Shown: piece after piece, positions 1 to 7,108 of the stretch | How positions within the stretch are numbered: position 1 is the stretch's first letter | How the letters are laid out: each line of letters starts with the position of its first letter | NCBI RefSeq assembly: GCF_006345805.1 | Contig: NW_021827375.1 | Location: 1 to 10,621, forward strand | From: Octopus sinensis | Lineage: Eukaryota | Direction: 5' to 3' | DNA: 10,621 nt | Made by a program: the position numbers and the translations under genes | The notes under the pieces: generated by a model | Database searches by the model: none | Seen by the model: only the letters and a program-made list of their open reading frames with translations | Told to the model about the DNA's origin: nothing

Positions 1-187
1 TATGTGTGTGTTTGTTTGATTTATCATTTGCTTATGTTTTGTTATTATTATGTTTATTTATTCGTTTCAGATTATTTTGGTGTGTTCATTTGTTTGTTTG
101 TTTGTTTGTTTGCTTTTTGTTTTTACATTTGTTCTTTGTATTTGTTTTACTTTTTGTTGGTTGCTTTGTTGGTTTGTTTTGTTTGTT
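1..187. repeat. Degenerate (GTTT)n / T-rich low-complexity tract
   Basis: Repeated TTTG/TGTT units, purest at about 88-112. It accounts for the ORFs at 4..189, 6..218 and 67..252. Confidence 0.9.
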
Positions 188-305
188 GAAGGTGTTAGGA
201 CACGTACTAGTTCATTAAGTGTAGTGTCCTCACACACAGCAATCAAAACCAATTGTCTGCGATCGATAATTTTATATCATTCGGATTGGCAAGCAGCGAA
301 GGGGA

Positions 306-360
306 TGAAGAAGAAGAAGAAGAAGAAAGAGAAGAAAGAGAAGGAGAAGAAGTGGAGGAG
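306..360. repeat. (GAA)n purine-rich microsatellite
   Basis: TGAAGAAGAAGAAGAAGAAGAAAGAGAAGAAAGAGAAGGAGAAGAAG. Confidence 0.9.
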
Positions 361-459
361 GTTGTTACAGAGATGACTTAATAGAACAAACATTGGAAAA
401 CCAAATTTAAAAAAAAAAATCGAAATAAATAGTGCGTGTGTGTCTGCGGCGAGGGGAGT

Positions 460-565
460 GAGAAAGGGTGAACAGCGAGAGATATAAAGGAATACAGAGT
501 GTGAAAGAGTTTAGGAGAGATAGATAGAGATAGGGAGAGAGAGAGAGAGAGACAAAGAAAGGTAC

Positions 566-597
<32 letters not shown>

Positions 598-880
598 TGA
601 GAGTACAGAGAGGCAAAGTGAAATATCTGCGTATGTGTTTGTGTAAGAGAGGGAGAGAGACGAGAGAGAAAGAAGGGAAGAAAGAGTGACCGGGTGAGAG
701 AAAGAGATAGATGAAGAGGGAGAGAGTGAAGGGAGAGAAAGAAGGAAAGAATGAGTGAGAGAGAGAGAGAGAGCGAGAAAAAGAAGAAAATGAGTGAAGG
801 AAAGAGCGTGGATGAGAGAAAGAGAAAGGAGGGAGAGGGAGAGAGCGCGGAAGAATGGGTTCATTGAAAAGGAAAAGAAT
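460..880. repeat. Degenerate (GA)n polypurine tract
   Basis: Strongly A/G-biased + strand with several pure (GA)n runs, for example about 533-552 and 566-588. Confidence 0.9.
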
Positions 881-881
881 C

Positions 882-921
882 TGTGTGTGCGTGTGTGTGA
901 GTGCATATGTGTTTGTATGTT

Positions 922-968
<47 letters not shown>
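882..968. repeat. Compound (TG)n(AG)n microsatellite
   Basis: Degenerate TG at 882-920, pure (TG)n at 921-946, then pure (AG)n at 947-968. Confidence 0.95.
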
Positions 969-969
<1 letters not shown>

Positions 970-1394
970 AGGAGAGAGAAAGAAAGGGAAGGACAGGGAA
1001 AGACGCAGATAGACAGATAGCCAATCAAAGAAAAGGAGGAAGAAAAAAGATGGAGTGGAGGCAAAGAATATATCATCATACAGCGGAATGGGACTTAATA
1101 AATACTTTGATGAAACAAACATAACTGTTGCAGAAGTGTATAGAAGTTGTTGCGATTGTTGTAATTGTCATCGCGGCTGTTGTTGCTTTTTGCTATTGTT
1201 GAACAATAGATCGTATTTAAATAGCTGATCGATAACGTGTCCATCGAAATCAATTGTGTCCAATGGGATTTCTACCTCCCTTTTAAAAATTCAGTGTATG
1301 ATTAAAGGGAAATTTAGCTGCTATTACTAGCAGTTAGATGACCATGCACAGGAGTACTCATAATTCCGTTATGACTGCTCCACATAACGATTCT

Positions 1395-1565
1395 GTCGAT
1401 GGCAGAATCGCTTGCGCGTCGAATAAAATGCTCTGCTACATCTCTTCTCATACTTTACACTTTGAATTCAAATCCCACCAAAGTTAATATTACATTCCAT
1501 CGCTTAGCGGCCGATAAAATAAAGAACTTGTCAAAAAGAGGGGTCGATGACGGGTACAACTTACC
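1395..1565 (+). mobile_element. Diverged tRNA-derived SINE, family A
   Basis: A-box-like TGGCAGAATCG (1400-1410), B-box-like GAATTCAAATCCC (1464-1476), GATAAAATAA (1513-1522) and GGGGTCGAT (1540-1548) are collinear with the better copy at 5021-5250. Confidence 0.7.
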
Positions 1566-1616
1566 AAATTATCTAAATAATTACACACTGATCCTTCTAA
1601 TTAATATATTACTGAG

Positions 1617-1794
1617 GACAATCGGTGATAGCGTATATATGCCTCCGATATCTAGCGGTTCGGCAAAAGAGACCGATAGAAAAAGCAATTAACTTAAGAA
1701 ATGTCCTGGGGTGGATTTGTTCATCTAAAAAAAAAACCCATTAAGGCGGTGTTCCAGCATGGCCGCAGTCAAATGGCTGAAACAAATAAAAGAA
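1617..1794 (+). mobile_element. SINE family B, 3' fragment
   Basis: TAGCGGTTCGGCAAAAGAGACCGATAGA and CCAGCATGGCCGCAGTCAAATGGCTGAAACAAATAAAAGAA match 6969-7108 and 2316-2480. Confidence 0.9.
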
Positions 1795-1910
1795 TGTGTT
1801 TAATACGAAGTGTAGTAAAAAAATATCACCATTTTGATTTAGTCTCCTTCAAAGTATTCGCCTTGGGAGTCTATACACTTCTTATTTTTAAATATATATA
1901 TATATATGTA

Positions 1911-2110
1911 CTAGCTATTTTGACCCGTGCTTCGCTCGGATTTTGGTGGTGATGGCAACCAAGCGGTAGCCCCGAGCGACTTGCAACCTACACACACCAT
2001 TTTACCCCCCAGTGTAAATTTTGGCGCCAATCCGACCCCATCTACCGCTCCTTAAACCGTTCCCATCCCAAAATGAGACAAACAACTTTTCGCATTTCAG
2101 CTTTATATAA
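1911..2110 (-). mobile_element. Short non-autonomous Helitron-like element
   Basis: On the minus strand the hairpin CCGAGCGAAGCACGG (1925-1939) lies 10 nt before a terminal CTAG (1911-1914) followed by T, the canonical Helitron 3' end. The other end (ACTTTTCGCATTTCAGCTTTATATA) resembles ends of small Helitron derivatives as I recall them and runs into (TA)n, so the expected 5' TC is not visible. Confidence 0.65.
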
Positions 2111-2129
2111 TATATATATATATATATTA

Positions 2130-2196
<67 letters not shown>

Positions 2197-2486
2197 TGCG
2201 TGTATGCGTGTGTGTCTGTGTGTCTTTGTGTCTTTGTGTCTGCGTGTGTCAACCACAATCGTCACCACCACCACCACTTGACAACCGGTCTTGGTGTGTT
2301 TACGGCCCCGTAACTTAGCGGTTCAGTCAGTAAATGTAGCCGATAGACTAAGTACCAGGTTTACATAATTTAAGTACTGGGGTGGGGGGATGGGTCAGTC
2401 GATTTGATTAAGACAGTTTTCAAAGCGGTGCCCCAGCATGGCCGCAGTCTAATGACTGAAACAAGTGAAAGATAAAAGAAAAAAGA
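2104..2486 (+). mobile_element. SINE family B, 3' half with internal (TA)n(TG)n
   Basis: (TA)n at 2104-2144 and (TG)n to about 2248, then CTTGACAACCGG...GGTGTGTTTACGG...CCAGCATGGCCGCAGTCTAATGACTGAAACAAGTGAAAGA, collinear with 6870-7108. No tRNA head is visible upstream. Confidence 0.9.
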
Positions 2487-2560
2487 CATTATATGATTTG
2501 CATTATCATTCTTTATTAAAGATAGTAGTTTGTATTTGAGGAAGATTTGGCTACTAATTC

Positions 2561-2655
<95 letters not shown>

Positions 2656-2668
2656 ATAGTAGTAGTAG
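2561..2668. repeat. (TAG)36 trinucleotide microsatellite
   Basis: 31 perfect TAG units, one TAA (2654-2656), then 4 more TAG. It produces the poly-Ser and poly-Leu ORFs. Confidence 0.98.
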
Positions 2669-3390
2669 TTTTGATGTTGTAACGCTAATATTATGTAAAA
2701 TTTTCAAGGCTTCCTCAAAGTTTACAATCGAAAATAAATTTTGCCAAAACTGGATAAGCTCTTTAACCTTTGAATAAAATATATCTATAAATATGCATGA
2801 AAGGGAAAATATAGGAAACAAATCTGAGAATGTAGATGAAATAGGAGAACTACGGAGTTAACCAGTTGGTATATTACTGACAGCAATCTGTTGCTGGGGC
2901 AATGATGAACACACGTCATTCTCAGAAACCGAGTTGGTCTTATACGTTACGGTAAACACCGGCAGTATTATGAAATGGACGGATGTATTGTCACCTTGTA
3001 GTTATTATTTCAATTTAATAGACAGAAATGGGTACCTGTGACAGAGCTGGGATGTTACCCAACGAGACATTTGTTTCTTATCCACTTTGGTGGCAAAGGT
3101 CGAGTAAATTCTTCATTCGGTTTAACTTCATCACTTAACCCTTGAATGTCTTTAGGTCTGAGGATTCATTCGTTCCTTGACCTATTGATGTCAAAGACTC
3201 TGAAAAATGTTATAGGTGTTTGCTAATTCTTTCTCTCACTAAACCATTAAAGAAAAAAAAATGCGTGCTACAGAGCACTAAAGCTATGGATTAGAGACCG
3301 CAAGTGTAGGATATGGTATAATGAATGCATTATCTTAACTAATAGCTGTATATATAACAAATATTCTATCATCAAGTGTGTCAGTAACTT

Positions 3391-3438
3391 TATATATATA
3401 TATATATATATATAATATATTATATATATATATATATA
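3391..3438. repeat. (TA)n microsatellite
   Basis: Near-perfect TA run. Confidence 0.95.
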
Positions 3439-3488
3439 CACATACAAAATGCAATAAGCAGGCACGAGGAGAGGACGTGGAATAGAGA

Positions 3489-3531
3489 GTCACTGATGAG
3501 GTCATAGAATGTGTGACGAAAGAACTTTGAC
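3489..3531 (+). ncRNA. Candidate minimal type I hammerhead ribozyme
   Basis: GUCA (stem I, 3489-3492), CUGAUGA (3493-3499), extra G, stem II GUCAUA/UGUGAC with a 5-nt loop (3501-3517), GAAA (3518-3521), 2-bp stem III AG/CU, CUU triplet (3525-3527), UGAC (stem I', 3528-3531). Confidence 0.5.
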
Positions 3532-3622
3532 AGACGTAACTAAGAATAGTAAAATTAAAATGAAATGGAGATCGAATAAATTGTGCGGTGTGTTTAATTG
3601 GCTAAAAATATGACCACCCAAG

Positions 3623-3709
3623 TATAATATATATATATATATATATATCTATAGATATATATATATATATATTATATATATATATAAGAGAGAGAGAGAG
3701 AGAGAGAGA
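3623..3709. repeat. Compound (TA)n(AG)n microsatellite
   Basis: TA run at 3623-3686 followed directly by (AG)n at 3687-3709. Confidence 0.95.
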
Positions 3710-3984
3710 TCAAAGTGTACGTACGCCGCCATATGTATATAAAAGGAATAAAAAAATGGGACAAGAACGCAAAACATCCAGACAGGTAGATGATACAAAA
3801 AGGGGACATGAAAAAACAGGGACGTGTCATTCGAAATTTTCTTTTCTCAGTCGAGTTCTAGATTATCTTTGCAATTTCGGCTGGTTATATTCGATATTGC
3901 TCCAATCTGACTAGTCCCAAGGAAAATCTAAGCTTAGAGCATTAGATTCCTTGGAAGAAAGCAGCAAATGTATACCGATGGAAA

Positions 3985-4223
3985 ACCGATGTTGTCAAGC
4001 AGAATGAGGGGCAAACACAAAGACACGCACTTACACACACACGCACACACACAAACACACACATAAGCGCAAGCTTTCGTCTACCAAATCCATTTACAAG
4101 GCATTGGTCAGCTCGGAACTATAGCAAATGACACATGTGCAAGGTGCTGCTCAGCAGGGACTGAATGTGAAACGAAGCAGCTGCAAAATGAACCTTTTGA
4201 CTTCCACAGTCATTCTAGCACCT
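3985..4223 (-). mobile_element. Diverged SINE family B copy (5' head, internal CA tract, 3'-truncated)
   Basis: 4074-4223 is collinear with the reverse complement of 6398-6550 (for example GTCTACCAAATCC, ACAAGGC.TTGGTC, CAAGGTG, GGGACTGAA). A (CA)n tract at 4016-4062 and GTTGTCAAGC at 3991-4000 match the post-microsatellite part. Confidence 0.8.
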
Positions 4224-4624
4224 ATTGTCGTCTGAGCAATGAGTCACTGATAAAGCAAAATGGTCGATAATCAGTTAATGTGTACACTCTGTGTCTAATT
4301 TGATTTCTAATTGCTTAAATGAGAATCGTCAATCTCATCTCCTGTGAACCGAGATTTTAATTTTCTAATTAAATTTCTATTAATTGACTTGAGTTCAGCC
4401 ATCATACAAAAATAGTCCAGGAAATATATTTCCAGTCAACTTTTTGAAGACATTTATTATTTATATAATTATTCAGAATTCATTAATTCATTCTTCAGTT
4501 TTTATATTCTTTCATAAATGTGATGTCTTGTGCGAGTAATTGTCATTTAAATGTTATGTAATACAGGTATTAATAATTTCTGTGATAGTCACAAAGCCTG
4601 AAATAATTTTGAGAAAACGCGCGG

Positions 4625-4800
4625 GTTGGAGGGTGGCAGTTGATTACATCGACCCAGTGCTCAACTGATACTTATTTTATGAACCCCGAAAAGATGTTAG
4701 GCAAAGTCGACCGCGGCGATATTTGAACTCCGGGCGTAAAGCCGGAAGTCATATTAGTTAAATATTTCATCCGACGTACTAACGAATTTGCCAGCTCGCC
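4625..4800 (-). mobile_element. tRNA-derived SINE, family A
   Basis: The minus strand gives A-box-like TGGCAAATTCGTT (4781-4793) and B-box-like GAGTTCAAAT (4721-4730). ATCGACCCAGTGCTCAACTGATACTTATTTTAT is the reverse complement of the 5140-5174 module. Confidence 0.85.
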
Positions 4801-4811
4801 GGGTTTGATTC

Positions 4812-4987
4812 CAATATAGGCACATGGCCTAAATTTTGGGAGAGGGAGCTCGTCGTTACATCGACCCTATTACGTGACTGGTATTTTATTTTATCGAATC
4901 CGAAGTGATGAAAGGTAAAGTTGGCCTCGGCAGAATTTGAACTCAGAACGTTAGGAGCCGGAAGAAATGCCGCTAACTCACCACCTT
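4812..4987 (-). mobile_element. tRNA-derived SINE, family A, with deletion in the head
   Basis: B-box-like GAGTTCAAATTC (4933-4944 minus). Collinear with 4625-4800 except that about 30 bp containing the A box is missing (CCGCTAA joined to CTCACCACC). Confidence 0.85.
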
Positions 4988-5020
4988 AAATGTGGTATTA
5001 ATATAGGTTCGATAAAGAAA

Positions 5021-5250
5021 GCTGCATGTTGGTAGACTCGTTAGCACGCCGGACGAAATGCTTAGCAGCATTTCGGCCATCTTTACGTTCTGAATTTAAA
5101 ATCGCCAAGGTCAACTTTGCTTTTCATTCTTTAGAGGCTGATAAAAATAAGTACCAGTTGAACACTGGGGTCGAGGCAATCACTTGAACACTGGGCTCGA
5201 AGTAACAGCCTCCCCTGAATTCGCTGGCCTTGTACCAAAATTTGAAATCG
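5021..5250 (+). mobile_element. tRNA-derived SINE, family A, full length with target-site duplication
   Basis: Flanked by ATATAGGTTCGATAAAGAAA (5001-5020) and ATATAGGTTCAATGAAGAGA (5251-5270), 17/20 identical. A-box-like TGGTAGACTCGTT at 5030-5042. The central segment 5108-5157 resembles the MetaSINE 'Meta' domain as I recall it (unverified). Confidence 0.9.
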
Positions 5251-5780
5251 ATATAGGTTCAATGAAGAGAAAATATTCCAGTTAAAATTTGTTCAAATAT
5301 TCAGAACTTGAGTCAGAACAGCTTCGAGGGAACTTGACAGTTTTTATAACAAACCTTGATTATACATTCAGATCAGCACAAACCGTGATGCTTCTATTTC
5401 TTATCAATCATTTACATTTAATCCGGGCTCTAAAATGCTGGTATACACCGAAGCTGACGAAGTAACAGTGATATGTATGAAACAATAGGAAAGAATGGAA
5501 GGAATTCAGAGAGATTTAACGCTTGTGGTGGGAATCAGATATGTAAGAGTTGTACATGATGTGTGAATGGAATAATAATAGTATTGGAAGAATCTATACC
5601 CAGCCAGGGCAGATATTATTTTATTCAACACTCCAAAACTGGTTTCAGTTACGTGTGATTAGTTGTCAGTGAAACACGATATCGCCTCGTGTGCACATAT
5701 GTTTAGTGTTGCTATAAATTTTATACATCTGGCCTCGCAGTATATTCAAGAATAGCAATCACTATAAAACAACAGCAACG

Positions 5781-5975
5781 TGGAGGCGCAATGACCCAGT
5801 GGTTAGGACAGCGGACTCGCAGTCGTAAGAACGCGGTTTCGATTCCCAGACCGGGCATTGTGAGTGTTTATTGTGCAAAAACACATAAGCTCCACAAGGC
5901 TTCGACGGGGCGTAGTGGTGAACCCCACTGTACTCTTTCACCACAACTGTCTCTCACTCTTTCTTCCTACTTCTG
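5781..5975 (+). mobile_element. tRNA-derived SINE, family C, 5' part
   Basis: A box TGACCCAGTGGTTA (5792-5805) and B box GGTTTCGATTCCC (5835-5847) at tRNA-like spacing, followed by a non-tRNA body. It does not fold into a complete cloverleaf. Confidence 0.8.
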
Positions 5976-6212
5976 CCACAAAGTAGAGGAACCATGGTGT
6001 AACCCATTATGGTGAGGTAAACTTTCAGACCCCTAGTCTAGATTGCGAATCCTCCGTACTCCAGGATGGTTCAGCTCTCCGCCCGTTAAAAGCCACCGTT
6101 TGCGCGCCCGTCCAACCGCCAGTGTATCGCGTGTGGTGGGTGGATCTTCAAGTCGCCACAAGCATTCTTAGTAGCTTAGAGTAGGTTCGAATTAGAGATT
6201 ATTCTTTGTGGC
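5976..6212 (-). mobile_element. GC/CpG-rich segment, possibly a LINE 5'-UTR fragment
   Basis: Abrupt compositional shift with about 11 CpGs in 6054-6156 and no ORF. The minus strand of about 5976-6125 resembles my recollection of the 5' region of an octopus LINE; this has not been checked against a library. Confidence 0.4.
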
Positions 6213-6216
6213 TAAT

Positions 6217-6296
6217 GGAAGAAGAAGACAACAGCAACAATATCAATAATAGCAACAACAACTACAACTGCAACGTCGTAAGCAATGACAATAACG
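6217..6296. repeat. Degenerate (CAA)n/(GAA)n tract
   Basis: GAAGAAGAAGACAACAGCAACAATATCAATAATAGCAACAACAACTACAAC. Confidence 0.8.
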
Positions 6297-6397
6297 TCAA
6301 CTGATCAAGAAAACTATATGAGAACAATAAGTTCTGTTTCTGAAAATTCCGTGTCGTCGTCGTGGGGCAACGCTGTTGCATTCTCTATAAACAATCA

Positions 6398-6625
6398 GGC
6401 GCAGGAGTGGCTGTGTGGTAAGTAGCTTGTTTACCAACCACATGTTTCCGGGTTCAGTCCCACTGCGTGACACCTTGGGTAGGGGTCTTCTACTATAGCC
6501 TCGAGCCGACCAAAGCCTTGTAAGAGGATTTGTAGACGGAAACTGAAAGAAACCCATCGTATATATGTAATATATATTATATATATATATTATATATTTT
6601 ATATATATATTATATATATATATAT

Positions 6626-6656
<31 letters not shown>

Positions 6657-6711
6657 CTATATATATATATTTATATATATATATATTTATATTATATATA
6701 TATATTATATA

Positions 6712-6758
<47 letters not shown>

Positions 6759-6819
6759 ATATATATTATCTATCTATATAATATATATATTTATATGTAT
6801 ATATATATATTATATATAT

Positions 6820-6853
<34 letters not shown>

Positions 6854-7108
6854 GATATATATATATATATGTGTGTGTGTGTGAGTGTGAATATGTTTGT
6901 GTGTCTGTGTTTTGTCCCCCAACATCGCTTGACAAACCGATGCTGGTGTGTTTACGGTCCTGTTTACTTAGGCGATTCGGCAAAAGACACCTATAGAATA
7001 AGTACTACTCTTACAAAGAATAAGCCCTGGGGTCGATTTTCTCGACTAGAGGCGGTGCTCCAGCATGGCCGCAGTCAAATGACTGAAACAAGTAAAAGAG
7101 TAAAAGAA
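6398..7108 (+). mobile_element. Full-length SINE family B (tRNA head, CORE-like segment, internal microsatellite, 3' body)
   Basis: A box TGGCTGTGTGGT (6408-6419), B box GGTTCAGTCC (6451-6460) and CACCTTGGGTAGGGGTCTT (6471-6489), similar to the CORE-SINE motif ACCTTGGGCAAGT. Then (TA)n(TG)n, the 3' body found in three other copies here, and an (AAAAGAG/T)-type tail. Octopus CORE-SINEs (OR1/OR2) are known, but the exact family is unconfirmed. Confidence 0.9.
6560..6870. repeat. Interrupted (TA)n of about 310 bp inside the SINE
   Basis: Almost pure A/T alternation with scattered TT, AA, G and C interruptions. Confidence 0.98.

Larger units (their letters stand above)
3439..3980. mobile_element. 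Putative interspersed repeat in two microsatellite-bounded blocks (3439-3622 and 3710-3980), possibly Penelope-like-element related
   Basis: Block 1 is bounded by (TA)n on both sides and carries a hammerhead-like core. Block 2 has internal degenerate repeats (GGGACAAGAACGCAAAACA / GGGGACATGAAAAAACA / GGGACG). Both resemble an abundant octopus repeat as I recall it; this is unverified. Confidence 0.45.

Noticed and set aside
4-1122. Eight overlapping ORFs of up to 205 aa
   Set aside because: All are translations of GTTT, GAA, GA and TG repeats (poly-LS, RE, HT, VC), with no complex peptide or splice signals.
1399-2318. ORFs 1399..1692, 1701..1952, 2002..2277 and 2073..2318
   Set aside because: They run through SINE, Helitron and microsatellite sequence and are chance frames in non-coding repeats.
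2516-2821. Poly-Ser and poly-Leu ORFs
   Set aside because: Direct products of the (TAG)36 array.
2902-2908. C-box-like ATGATGA next to a 6-bp hairpin (2881-2896), suggesting a C/D snoRNA
   Set aside because: The nearest CTGA D box is about 250 nt away and there is no terminal stem.
3738-3745. Perfect TATAAAAG
   Set aside because: It sits in AT-rich repeat-derived sequence with no downstream exon or other promoter evidence.
5454-5483. Second hammerhead-core-like motif CUGACGA-A...GAAAC
   Set aside because: Stem II is bulged and closed by G-U, and no NUH or stem I partner could be built in type I or type III topology. At most a decayed relic.
5781-5850. tRNA gene call (also considered for 6398-6465)
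   Set aside because: A and B boxes are present but acceptor and anticodon stems do not pair, and both continue into repeat bodies. They are SINE heads.
6077-6091. CTCCGCCCGTTAAAA matches 9950-9964 at 14/15 positions
   Set aside because: A rough estimate gives about one such match by chance in a window this size, and the similarity does not extend.
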